Shown one piece after another: positions 19,112 through 27,783 of a stretch of DNA of 64,000 bases. Position 1 is the stretch's first letter; every line of letters starts with the position of its first letter. Source of the stretch: Candidatus Saccharimonadota bacterium (GTDB taxonomy: Bacteria > Patescibacteriota > Saccharimonadia > CAILAD01 > BJGX01). Position numbers and translations under genes: made by a program. The DNA lies in NCBI GenBank assembly GCA_016191105.1, contig JACPPH010000002.1:67268-131267 (forward strand), read 5' to 3'. The notes beneath the pieces are model-generated. The model ran no database searches, was not told the origin of the DNA, and saw only the letters and a program-made list of their open reading frames with translations.

Positions 19112-19546
19112 ATGATGAAGCAGGAATCAATACTATATGGTGTGATTGGCTTACTAGTGGGTGTACTGTTGGCTATGTTTGTGTCAGCCATTGTTGCTAA
19201 TTCACAAAACCAAACAATGATGCGAGCGATGTGCATGAACACGGGCAACGGAATGAATGGCTCGTCGATGAGCATGGAGAATATGACGAACCAGCTCAAA
19301 GCCAAGTCTGGTAGTGAGTTTGAGAGGGCCTTCTTAGAACAAATGACTGTACACCACCAAGGGGCTATTGGTATGGCTAACCTGGTCTTACAAAAGTCCA
19401 CAAGACCGGAGTTGCGCAAACTTGCCGAAGACATCGTTGCTGCTCAGACCAAAGAAATCAACCAAATGAAAGAGTGGCAAACACAGTGGAGCTATGCAAC
19501 TAGTTCTAGCTCAAATAGTAGTAATATGGGTGGAATGGCTAATTAA
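19112..19546 (+). CDS. DUF305 family protein (often associated with metal resistance)
   Basis: 'VHHQGAIGMA..LRKLAEDIVAAQTKEINQM' is the DUF305 signature. N-terminal TM helix. Confidence 0.65.
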   Translation: MMKQESILYGVIGLLVGVLLAMFVSAIVANSQNQTMMRAMCMNTGNGMNGSSMSMENMTNQLKAKSGSEFERAFLEQMTVHHQGAIGMANLVLQKSTRPELRKLAEDIVAAQTKEINQMKEWQTQWSYATSSSSNSSNMGGMAN

Positions 19547-19637
19547 GTAAAAGTTTGCAGCTTTGTTGCCAACACAACTGAGCACTAACAGGTTAGCTGC
19601 TAGTTATAACGCCGATGCACAAGGCGGGGCTTGATTA

Positions 19638-19654
19638 ATACCCCTCAGGGGTAT
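19638..19654. promoter_or_regulatory. candidate CsoR/RcnR-type operator ATACCCC-tca-GGGGTAT overlapping the -10 region of the repressor gene
   Basis: Perfect 7-bp-arm palindrome with C/G tracts directly abutting the TACAAT -10 box (19654-19659). The ATG is at 19669. Confidence 0.6.
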
Positions 19655-19668
19655 ACAATAAAATCAAT

Positions 19669-19953
19669 ATGAATGCTGATATAAAAAAGCGCTATGTCCA
19701 TCGCACGAGGATTATCGAGGGTCAAATCCAAGGCCTACAAAAAATGATAGACAGTGAAGCCTATTGTATGGATGTATTGACGCAGAGCTTGGCTATTCAA
19801 CGGTCGCTCGCATCATTAAACAAGCTAGTGCTCGAGAACCATTTACGCACTCACATTACAGATATGTTTGGGGCCGGCGATAGCAAAGCCCAAAAAAAAG
19901 CGGTTGCTGAGCTGCTAAGCCTATACGAACTTAACAACATTCGGGGTAAGTAA
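19669..19953 (+). CDS. CsoR/RcnR/FrmR-family metal-sensing transcriptional repressor
   Basis: 94 aa. X-Y-Z residues C33, H58 and H62 with RcnR-like 25/4 spacing. Confidence 0.8.
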   Translation: MNADIKKRYVHRTRIIEGQIQGLQKMIDSEAYCMDVLTQSLAIQRSLASLNKLVLENHLRTHITDMFGAGDSKAQKKAVAELLSLYELNNIRGK

Positions 19954-20231
19954 TGTTAGGCAAGCGTTTGCGGGAGTTTATGCGGTGTCATCAGGGCAAA
20001 GTTAACCTATTGCTACATGTTGTTGGTTATTCTCTGGTTGGTGTTGGTATTTGGCAGAAGAGTTTCTGGTATGTGATTGCGGGTGCGATAGTTCAAGAGC
20101 TTGGTCATTTTTATCAGTACGTCAAGACCAAAAACTACAAAGACAGCCCACTTTATTGTCTAAGATCGCAGGTATTATTTGCGCTGCCGGCTTTAAGCTT
20201 AATACTTATTTACATTTGGATAGCACGGTAA
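19953..20231 (+). CDS. hypothetical small membrane protein co-encoded with the repressor
   Basis: 92 aa with 2-3 TM helices. Its start overlaps the repressor stop. Confidence 0.4.
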   Translation: MLGKRLREFMRCHQGKVNLLLHVVGYSLVGVGIWQKSFWYVIAGAIVQELGHFYQYVKTKNYKDSPLYCLRSQVLFALPALSLILIYIWIAR

Positions 20232-20376
20232 GTTGCCAAAAATGACTATAGCCAACCCCGTTCATCACGGCAGCCAACAAGATAGCGCTAAACATGCTGG
20301 CCGCCTAATAGCTATGTTTAGCAATAAGTTTTAGGAAGGTATTAACCAACAATTTAAGTCACAAAGATTAACAATA

Positions 20377-22533
20377 ATGGAGTCAAAAATGTCTAAACAT
20401 CAAATCAATTCTAATAACGAAGCCATGCAAGGCATGACAGAATCAGAACATCATATGCATCACATGTCTGAGGGAAACATGACACGGTGGCAGAAATTTA
20501 AAATGAGTATGACTATGACCATGGGTATGGATCATAGCGGACTGGCCGGCCGCGAAATGGCCAAAATGATGGAAATAGACATTCGCAATAAATTCTTTTT
20601 TGCTCTAATACTATCTGTGCCGATCATTGCTTATTCGCCACTCGGAACTAGCATTCTAAAGTTGAGCTTGCCCCAGCCGATCCCGGCAGCTTGGATACTG
20701 TTGATTCTTACGACACCGGTATTCTTCTATGCCGGCTGGATATTTTTGTACTCTAGCTATCATGCGCTAAAAGCCAGGACACTCAATATGGCTGTTTTGA
20801 TTGCGGTTGGTATATCGGCGGCGTATTTTGCAAGTATTTTGCTGACCTTGGTAGGCAGTTCGGAATCGTATTATGAGGCTGCTGCTCTGTTGATTACTTT
20901 CGTGTTGTTTGGTCACTGGATGGAAATGAAGTCTCGGCGCGGAACAACCGATGCCTTACAGGCTCTGTTTGATCTGGTGCCACCTCAGGCCCGGCTAATA
21001 CGGGGCAATAAAGAGGTTATGGTATCGACCAGCGAGGTGCGAGTTGGCGACATCTTGGTATTAAAACCGGGCGACAAAGTTCCGGTTGACGGCGAAGTGA
21101 TAAGTGGTCAAACGTCTATCGATGAAGCCCTTGTAACGGGCGAGTCGCTACCTGTTAGTAAACAAAAGGGTGACCCCGTAACCGGCGGATCTATCAATCA
21201 ATCTGGAACCGTCCGAATCAAGGCTACCAAGGTAGGATCAGATACGGTTTTGGCTCAAATTGTTAAAATGGTTGAAAACGCCCAAAACTCCAAGGCGCCT
21301 GGCCAGCGCCTGGCCGATAAATTTGCCGGCTATTTAGTAATCTTGGCCATATCGGCTGGGTTGCTAACCTTTGCGGCTTGGGCTGTGTTTTCTAATCAGG
21401 GTTGGCTATTTGCACTAACCCTAGCAATATCGGCTGTGGTAATAGCCTGCCCCGATGCACTTGGCCTAGCCACGCCCACCGCCGTAGCCGTGGGCACTGG
21501 TTTGGGTGCCAAACATAACATTCTTATAAAAGATGCTGCTACGCTTGAGCAAACTGCCAAGATCCAAGCCGTTGTACTCGACAAAACTGGCACTCTCACC
21601 GAAGGCAATCCCCAGGTTACCGATGTAGTAAGCGTGGCTGGTTTCAAAAAAGACCATCTTATAGAATTGGTTGCCGCCGCCGAGGCTGGCTCTAGCCACC
21701 CCTTGGCGCAAACCATCATCAACGAAGCTCATAAGCGCCGCCTTAAGTTGGTGGCCGTCAAGCGGTTTAATAATATTGCTGGGCTTGGTGTGGAAGCGGT
21801 GGTAGAAGGTAAGCGAGTACTGGTAGGAACCGAGCGGCTTATGAAAAATCGCAAGCTCTCAACTAAAGCCATTCAGGCCGACATCGACAGGTTGCTAGCA
21901 GAGGGCAAGACCCTCATGATTATTGCCATTAACGACAAGGTATCTGGTGTTATAGCGGCCTCGGACAAGATTAAGCCGACCGCCCAAAATGCCATTACCG
22001 CTATGCAGCAACTTGGTTTAGAGATTGTTATGATTACTGGTGATAATCAGAAGACCGCAGACATCGTTGCTAAGCAACTAGGTATTAAGCGTTATTTTGC
22101 CGAGGTCTTGCCTGCCCAAAAAGAAAGTTATGTAAAAAAACTTCAAAGCGAAGGCCGGTTTACGGCTATGGTTGGAGATGGGGTTAACGATGCGCCGGCG
22201 TTAGCCCAAGCCGATATTGGTATTGCTATCGGGGCGGGTACAGATGTGGCTATAGCAACAGCAAAAATTGTTTTAATGAAGTCTGATCCGACCGATATCA
22301 TAAGGGCTATTCGTTTGAGCAAAGCCACTATTCGTAAAATGAAGCAAAATTTAGGCTGGGCGAGTGTCTATAACATTGCTGCCATTCCTATTGCTGCCGG
22401 AGTATTATATCCAGCTTATGGCGTTTATCTTAGACCAGAGTTCGCGGCGCTTCTAATGTCGGTTTCGTCAATTTTTGTGGCCGTGAATGCGGTTATGCTA
22501 AAACGGGCCGAAAAGCAGCTGTTAACGGTGTAG
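20377..22533 (+). CDS. heavy-metal-translocating P1B-type ATPase (CopB-like) with an atypical CPD TM6 motif
   Basis: 'DKTGTLT', 'GDGVNDAPAL', TM7 'YN....P', TM8 'MSVSS.....N'. Met/His-rich N-terminus (HHMHHM, MSMTMTMGM) with no CxxC HMA domain. TM6 reads 'CPDALGLATPTA' (tgc ccc gat). Confidence 0.88.
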   Translation: MESKMSKHQINSNNEAMQGMTESEHHMHHMSEGNMTRWQKFKMSMTMTMGMDHSGLAGREMAKMMEIDIRNKFFFALILSVPIIAYSPLGTSILKLSLPQPIPAAWILLILTTPVFFYAGWIFLYSSYHALKARTLNMAVLIAVGISAAYFASILLTLVGSSESYYEAAALLITFVLFGHWMEMKSRRGTTDALQALFDLVPPQARLIRGNKEVMVSTSEVRVGDILVLKPGDKVPVDGEVISGQTSIDEALVTGESLPVSKQKGDPVTGGSINQSGTVRIKATKVGSDTVLAQIVKMVENAQNSKAPGQRLADKFAGYLVILAISAGLLTFAAWAVFSNQGWLFALTLAISAVVIACPDALGLATPTAVAVGTGLGAKHNILIKDAATLEQTAKIQAVVLDKTGTLTEGNPQVTDVVSVAGFKKDHLIELVAAAEAGSSHPLAQTIINEAHKRRLKLVAVKRFNNIAGLGVEAVVEGKRVLVGTERLMKNRKLSTKAIQADIDRLLAEGKTLMIIAINDKVSGVIAASDKIKPTAQNAITAMQQLGLEIVMITGDNQKTADIVAKQLGIKRYFAEVLPAQKESYVKKLQSEGRFTAMVGDGVNDAPALAQADIGIAIGAGTDVAIATAKIVLMKSDPTDIIRAIRLSKATIRKMKQNLGWASVYNIAAIPIAAGVLYPAYGVYLRPEFAALLMSVSSIFVAVNAVMLKRAEKQLLTV

Positions 22534-22675
22534 ATCGACTATTGGTAAGCGCCCTAGCTTAAGTAGTGTATCGCAACTTACGGCCAGATTTTTAGAGGAG
22601 TGCTTACCGATAGCTAACGATTGTGGTAGTAGCCAATGCCTAGGTGTTTTGTAAAACTAAGTTATAATTGTGGTT

Positions 22676-23551
22676 ATGCATAGCCACGACCGCCAGGCCT
22701 CAAGGTCTTTTAAGTTTGTAATTGGATTTATATTAAACACTGGCTTTACGGTGTTGGAGTTTGTTGTCGGCATAATGGCTGGCAGTTTGGCTCTTGTTTC
22801 AGATGCCTCGCACAATTTAACCGACTCGCTGAGTATAGCCATTGCCTTTGGTGGCGAGCGAGTGTCTAGTCGTCAGGCCAATGATAGCAAGAGTTATGGC
22901 TTTGGCCGGGTTTCGATTGTCACAGCTCTTATAAATGGCGTATTGCTATTCGCGGTGGCTGCCTATATTTTTTACGAAGCTTATTTACGAATCTTGAACC
23001 CCGAACCGGTCAAAGGGGGTTTAGTTGCAATTGTGGCCTTGGCTGGCATTCTTATAAATGGTGTAGTGGCTTTGCTGTTTTACAAAGACAAAGACGACCT
23101 CAATGTTAAAAGTACCTTCTTAAATATGGCCTTTGATACGCTTAGCTCGGTCGGCGCAATGATTGCTGGTCTTATTATACTCGTAACCGGCAATACGCTG
23201 GTCGATCCAATAATTGGCATCCTAATTGGCTGTATGCTTGTTTTTAGTGCCTATGGCGTGGTTCGGGATGCTTTACACATATTGTTAGAGGGTACCCCCA
23301 AAGATATCGATAGTTCTGAAATTGCTAATTTTATCTTGTCGTTCCCGCATGTCAAAGGAGTAGACGATCTACATATATGGTCGATCTCGTCGCATTATCT
23401 AGCTATGAGTTGCCATATTGTTATTGAAGAGGAAAATTTGCAGAGTAGCGTTGACCAAGTTAAGGCTATTAAAAAACAACTGCTAGGCAAATATCAAATC
23501 CAGCACGCCACGATTGAGACCGAGCTTAAGCATTGCGAGCCAAAGCACTAG
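22676..23551 (+). CDS. cation diffusion facilitator (CDF) family transporter
   Basis: TM1-2 'SLALVSDASHNLTDS' and the C-terminal cytoplasmic domain. Leaderless: TATAAT at 22663-22668, then 7 nt, then the ATG at 22676. Confidence 0.85.
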   Translation: MHSHDRQASRSFKFVIGFILNTGFTVLEFVVGIMAGSLALVSDASHNLTDSLSIAIAFGGERVSSRQANDSKSYGFGRVSIVTALINGVLLFAVAAYIFYEAYLRILNPEPVKGGLVAIVALAGILINGVVALLFYKDKDDLNVKSTFLNMAFDTLSSVGAMIAGLIILVTGNTLVDPIIGILIGCMLVFSAYGVVRDALHILLEGTPKDIDSSEIANFILSFPHVKGVDDLHIWSISSHYLAMSCHIVIEEENLQSSVDQVKAIKKQLLGKYQIQHATIETELKHCEPKH

Positions 23552-23647
23552 TTGGTCTGTTGGGGTAGCTATACGCCGAACCGGGGCTTGGGCGTATGGC
23601 TAATAAGTTATGGTCTAGCTCACAACGCTCAGCCGGTATACTTATAT

Positions 23648-23677
23648 CAAAAAAAGACCCAAGCAGGTCTTTTTTTG
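23648..23677. terminator. bidirectional terminator A7-AGACC-caagca-GGTCT-T7
   Basis: Seen directly between convergent genes. Confidence 0.75.
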
Positions 23678-23689
23678 AGTAATTTGAAC

Positions 23690-24307
23690 TTACTTATTTT
23701 TGCGTAGAGAACGGAGTTTGAGTGTAAGCCCTGTTAGGGCGCCGCCAGCCAACGCCACCGAAAGAGTGTCGGCTCCTCCGCCGGTGGTAGGTAGAGCAGG
23801 TGTGCTAAGAGCTACCGTGGGAGTTACGGGTGCTGGGGGTGGAGTTGGTTTGCATTCTGCGCCGCCATGGCTCGAAGACACAAACTGACCTGCAGTGTAG
23901 TCGTTGGTATTGCCACTTGGCCCAAATGGGCTTAAGCCGCGCAGCAAATCGATCTGGTAAAAGCACTGGGGCTTTTTGACTGTTAGACTACTAAAACCAG
24001 CTGGAAATGTTCCGCTTTTGGAATCTACAAACTTTTGCTGATCAAATGGCTTGCCGTCAACGCCATTGGGCGCGTCCCAGGCGGCTACAGTCACATCTTT
24101 AGTGCAAGCAGTGCTGTCGACTGTATTCTTTACCTCGAAGGTAGCGGTAACAGTATCGGCACCAACCGAATAGCTTCTGGCAAAAACTTCACATTTGTTA
24201 TTTGGTTGATCTGCAGCTTTGGCTACATTACCTGCATGAAAGCCAACCCCAACAACTGCGGCTGCAATTGTCAGGACTCCATAATTAACTATTTTACGAA
24301 CATTCAT
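23690..24307 (-). CDS. LPxTG-anchored cell-surface protein (sortase substrate)
   Basis: N-terminal signal peptide. C-terminal 'LPTTG', then a hydrophobic stretch, then 'KLRSLRKNK'. Pro/Ala/Thr-rich stalk. Confidence 0.75.
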   Translation of the reverse strand: MNVRKIVNYGVLTIAAAVVGVGFHAGNVAKAADQPNNKCEVFARSYSVGADTVTATFEVKNTVDSTACTKDVTVAAWDAPNGVDGKPFDQQKFVDSKSGTFPAGFSSLTVKKPQCFYQIDLLRGLSPFGPSGNTNDYTAGQFVSSSHGGAECKPTPPPAPVTPTVALSTPALPTTGGGADTLSVALAGGALTGLTLKLRSLRKNK

Positions 24308-24485
24308 ATAAGCTGTCCTTTCTTGTGCTAGCTGTATAATGTTGAGTGGAGTCTATCATATATTAATACAGATGTCAATAGCAATTTGCTTATGTTTATC
24401 TGGGCAGACCCAATTGGTGTATAATTAGGGCAGTTCTAACCTGGAACAACGCCCAACTAATTATAATTTCAATTAAGGAGAGAAC

Positions 24486-24986
24486 ATGTCGGAACTTCCA
24501 ATACGGCCAGAATCGACTCCGCCGAAGGCAGAGACTGGGCGGAAAGATGTAATAGTTAAACACTTATCTGGAAATGAAGATTTGACACAAGCTTTTGATG
24601 TTCGACGCACAGTTTTTCACGATGAACAGGGGATCTCTGAAGAAGACGATTTTGATGGCCTAGATATACAGGCAGACCACTTTATTGCTTTCGATGGAGA
24701 TAAGCCTGTTGGAACGGCACGTGTAAGATATATAGACGGGAAAGCGAAAGTTGAACGGGTTGCCGTTCTAAAGCCGTCTAGGGGTAAAGGTGTTGGCGAG
24801 GAGATGATGCGTGATATTTTGGATTTCATTGCCAAAAATGGAATAAATGAAGTTTACCTAGATTCGCAGACAAGTGCATCTCGCCTATATGAGAAAGTAG
24901 GGTTTGTTAAAGAGGGCGAAGAATTCGAAGAGGTTGGCATTCCGCATGTCAAAATGGTAGCTAAGCTTGATGAAAAAAGTAGTTAA
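24486..24986 (+). CDS. GNAT family N-acetyltransferase
   Basis: Motif A 'RGKGVGEEMM'. RBS AAGGAG. Confidence 0.8.
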   Translation: MSELPIRPESTPPKAETGRKDVIVKHLSGNEDLTQAFDVRRTVFHDEQGISEEDDFDGLDIQADHFIAFDGDKPVGTARVRYIDGKAKVERVAVLKPSRGKGVGEEMMRDILDFIAKNGINEVYLDSQTSASRLYEKVGFVKEGEEFEEVGIPHVKMVAKLDEKSS

Positions 24987-25407
24987 AACTGCCTCGGTAA
25001 TGATTTTAAATAACCACAAGATCCTACTCCTTTTAAGAGATGATAGGCCCGATTTGGTTAATCCCAACACCTGGTGTCTAATTGGGGGCTATGTAGAGAA
25101 CAAGGAAAGCGAAAAGGCTGCCGCACACCGTGAGGCCAAAGAAGAAACAGGACTGAGCTTAGATCGGCTCGACTATATAGGTACTCACGAATATACGAAA
25201 GGCTATACTACGGCCACCTTTTTATCAGTTGTTAGTGATTTACTGGCTAAAGAAGCGAAGCTCGGAGATGAGGGTCAAGAAATCCGCTTTTTCAGCTTTG
25301 ACGAGTTGTCTAAGGTCCCTTTGAGCGGCTCTATAAGAAAGTATTATAATGACTATCAAGAGGAGCTTAAGAGTTTAATGGAGACTGAAGAACCAAAACG
25401 GTTCTAA
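24967..25407 (+). CDS. NUDIX hydrolase
   Basis: Nudix box 'GGYVENKESEKAAAHREAKEETGL'. Confidence 0.85.
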   Translation: MMKKVVKTASVMILNNHKILLLLRDDRPDLVNPNTWCLIGGYVENKESEKAAAHREAKEETGLSLDRLDYIGTHEYTKGYTTATFLSVVSDLLAKEAKLGDEGQEIRFFSFDELSKVPLSGSIRKYYNDYQEELKSLMETEEPKRF

Positions 25408-25439
25408 CCCAGGGTGCAACGCCCAGCCAGGAAATTATT

Positions 25440-26030
25440 ATGAACACCGAGATAGAAGCAACATTTCTTGAAATAGATCATGACAAAATCAGACGTAAAC
25501 TCAAAGATCTAAACGCAAAGTTGATTAGTCCAGAGGTACTCACGCGGCGTACAATCTACGACTATGATGATTTGCGACTTGATAAAAAAGCAGCATGGAT
25601 TCGTATTCGGGACAACGGCGAGAAGATCACCATGGGCTTTAAGCAGAGGCAGACAGAAACAATAGAGGGAATGAAAGAAGTCGAGTTTGAGGTGTCTAGC
25701 TACGACGCTGCAAGAAAGTTTATGGAGTCGATTGGGCTGACCGTAAAAGCCGTGCAGGAATCTAAGCGAGAAATTTGGCAGTATGGTGATTGCGAAATTA
25801 TGCTAGATACTTGGCCATGGATTCCTCCATATGTGGAGGTAGAAGGCCCAAGTGAAGAAGCTGTTAAAGATTGCTCTAAGGATCTAGGCCTAAATTGGAA
25901 CCAAGCTATGTTCGATAGCACAGATGCTATTTACATGAAGTACTACAATGTTACAAGAACCGAGATTTCAACTATTCCAATAAAGTTTGGTGATTTGCCT
26001 AAGAGTATGAGGGCCAAAGAAATTTCTTAA
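25440..26030 (+). CDS. CYTH-domain protein (CyaB-like class IV adenylyl cyclase / triphosphate tunnel metalloenzyme)
   Basis: N-terminal 'TEIEATFLEIDHDKI' is the ExExK-type motif. Confidence 0.65.
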   Translation: MNTEIEATFLEIDHDKIRRKLKDLNAKLISPEVLTRRTIYDYDDLRLDKKAAWIRIRDNGEKITMGFKQRQTETIEGMKEVEFEVSSYDAARKFMESIGLTVKAVQESKREIWQYGDCEIMLDTWPWIPPYVEVEGPSEEAVKDCSKDLGLNWNQAMFDSTDAIYMKYYNVTRTEISTIPIKFGDLPKSMRAKEIS

Positions 26031-26044
26031 ACAATAATAAATTG

Positions 26045-26938
26045 ATGAAAAAAACAGTCAATCACAAAGCGCCGTTTGATCTGCGCAATCAAAACAGCTT
26101 TTTTGGCAGCTGGCCTGTAATTGACGACACAGATCAAAACTACGCTATTGCAATTGCTTTTCCAGTCGAGGGCTGGCAGGAGTCGGCTTGTGTCGTTGTG
26201 TCTCAAAACCAAGTTGGTGAACTGACCGCTGAAGCCAATGTCGTAAAAGATTCAAAACGAGCAATCGACCAAGCCCTAGCCACACTGTCGTTAGATGTTG
26301 ACGATACAGGTTGGGAGGGGGTCGGGCAGGCAGACAGAGTAATTGGTGAGCTGCAACACAAGTACAGCTATTTACGACCGGTGCTGTTTCACTCGCCATA
26401 CGAGGCTGCAGCTGGGTTTGTAATCGGGCAACGAATATCCGTTAAGCAGCGCCAAGCAATTCAGCAAAGGTTAGCCGAAGAGCTAGGCGATGAAATCGAA
26501 GTTGAGGGTAAGAAATACCACGCGTTTCCGCAACCACAGAAGTTATTGGAGGTAACTGAACACAAGGGTCTAAACGAAACTAAGCTAGAGCGTCTAAAAG
26601 GTGTTGCCCAGGCAGCGCTCGATGGTACGTTAACACGCGAACACTTGTTGGGCGTGAGCCCAGAGAAGGTACTCGAAAAGCTACAGGCCTTGCCTGGCAT
26701 TGGTCCATTTTATGCCAGCGGGATACTTTATCGTGGTGCCGGGGTTGTCGATGATATAACCGACGACAAGTTGACCAAGTATGTTATTAAAAAGGCCTAC
26801 AGGCTCGATAGCGAACCAAACCAAAAAGAGGCTTTGCAAATTGCCGAAAAGTGGAAGCCATATAGAATGTGGTGCGAAGTTTTATTGCATGTATGGTTGC
26901 GCCGCGAAGTTGGCATGCCTAAAATGGGGGAACGATGA
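26045..26938 (+). CDS. HhH-GPD DNA glycosylase (AlkA-like DNA-3-methyladenine glycosylase II)
   Basis: HhH 'LPGIGPFYASGI' followed by the catalytic 'GAGVVDD'. Confidence 0.7.
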   Translation: MKKTVNHKAPFDLRNQNSFFGSWPVIDDTDQNYAIAIAFPVEGWQESACVVVSQNQVGELTAEANVVKDSKRAIDQALATLSLDVDDTGWEGVGQADRVIGELQHKYSYLRPVLFHSPYEAAAGFVIGQRISVKQRQAIQQRLAEELGDEIEVEGKKYHAFPQPQKLLEVTEHKGLNETKLERLKGVAQAALDGTLTREHLLGVSPEKVLEKLQALPGIGPFYASGILYRGAGVVDDITDDKLTKYVIKKAYRLDSEPNQKEALQIAEKWKPYRMWCEVLLHVWLRREVGMPKMGER

Positions 26939-27357
26939 AAGTTTCGAATGATTTTAAAATGGTGATTGTGCTCGACGACGATTTGTCGTTGGGGCTTAAA
27001 ACCAACACAGCGGCAGTACTATCGCTCACCTTGGGCAGCAAGGTCGAGGGTTTAATTGGGCACGACCTGCACGACAAAGCTGGCAATAAACACACCAGCC
27101 TCACCAGGATTCCAGTGCCAATTCTAAGGTGTAGCCCAGAACAGCTAAAACAAACTTACGATCAGGCCTACGAACTAGATGGCGAGCTGCTGTTGGTTGA
27201 TATTACCGATGCTGCTCAAACCACCACAAATTACCAAGACTACCAGCAAAAACTAGAATTAACTGAGCCGAAAGATCTTAAATTGTTAGGAATTGCATTG
27301 GCAGGCTCCAAGAGTCTAGTAAACAAGCTGACCGGCAACATGGGCCTGGTTCGCTAG
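26935..27357 (+). CDS. hypothetical protein (possibly DUF2000-like)
   Basis: 140 aa, translationally coupled between the glycosylase and the ATL gene. Confidence 0.35.
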   Translation: MKVSNDFKMVIVLDDDLSLGLKTNTAAVLSLTLGSKVEGLIGHDLHDKAGNKHTSLTRIPVPILRCSPEQLKQTYDQAYELDGELLLVDITDAAQTTTNYQDYQQKLELTEPKDLKLLGIALAGSKSLVNKLTGNMGLVR

Positions 27358-27743
27358 TGACCGAATTTCAGCAAGCGGTTTTAAGTGTTACTAGAGTTAT
27401 CCCAAGCGGCAAGGTGGTTAGTTATGGGCAGGTGGCGGCCTATGTTGGCAGCCCAGGTGCGGCCCGGCAGGTTGGTTGGGTTTTGCGTAGCCTGGAGGGG
27501 GTCGATGATTTTCCGTGGTGGCGAGTGGTTAATAATACGGGTCGTATTACCATAAAGGGCAATCGCCTTAATACCCGCGAAATCCAGCGCGAACTGCTGC
27601 TAAGTGAAGGGGTTGAGGTGGGCGAAGATATGACGCTAGATATTGAGCACTACCGCTACTATGCTAAACCAGATCAACTCCGGGGCTTTGAGTTAAAGCC
27701 CGAACACATCGAGCAGCTCATGAGCCGCTACCAGCCAAACTAG
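27357..27743 (+). CDS. alkyltransferase-like protein (MGMT DNA-binding domain; active-site Cys replaced, 'PWWRVV')
   Basis: 'VIPSGKVVSYGQVAAYVG' and 'PWWRVV' in place of PCHRV. Confidence 0.75.
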   Translation: MTEFQQAVLSVTRVIPSGKVVSYGQVAAYVGSPGAARQVGWVLRSLEGVDDFPWWRVVNNTGRITIKGNRLNTREIQRELLLSEGVEVGEDMTLDIEHYRYYAKPDQLRGFELKPEHIEQLMSRYQPN

Positions 27744-27783
27744 GATCTGGGCGGAGCCAATCTGATATAATGTTTAAGTTACC

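Noticed and set aside
19003-19434. 143-aa minus-strand ORF spanning the junction of two + strand metal-cluster genes
   Set aside because: It overlaps two supported genes (the secreted His-motif protein and DUF305) and has low-complexity composition.
24035-24331. 98-aa + strand ORF inside the LPxTG protein gene
   Set aside because: It is antisense to a gene with a signal peptide and a sortase motif, and has no RBS.
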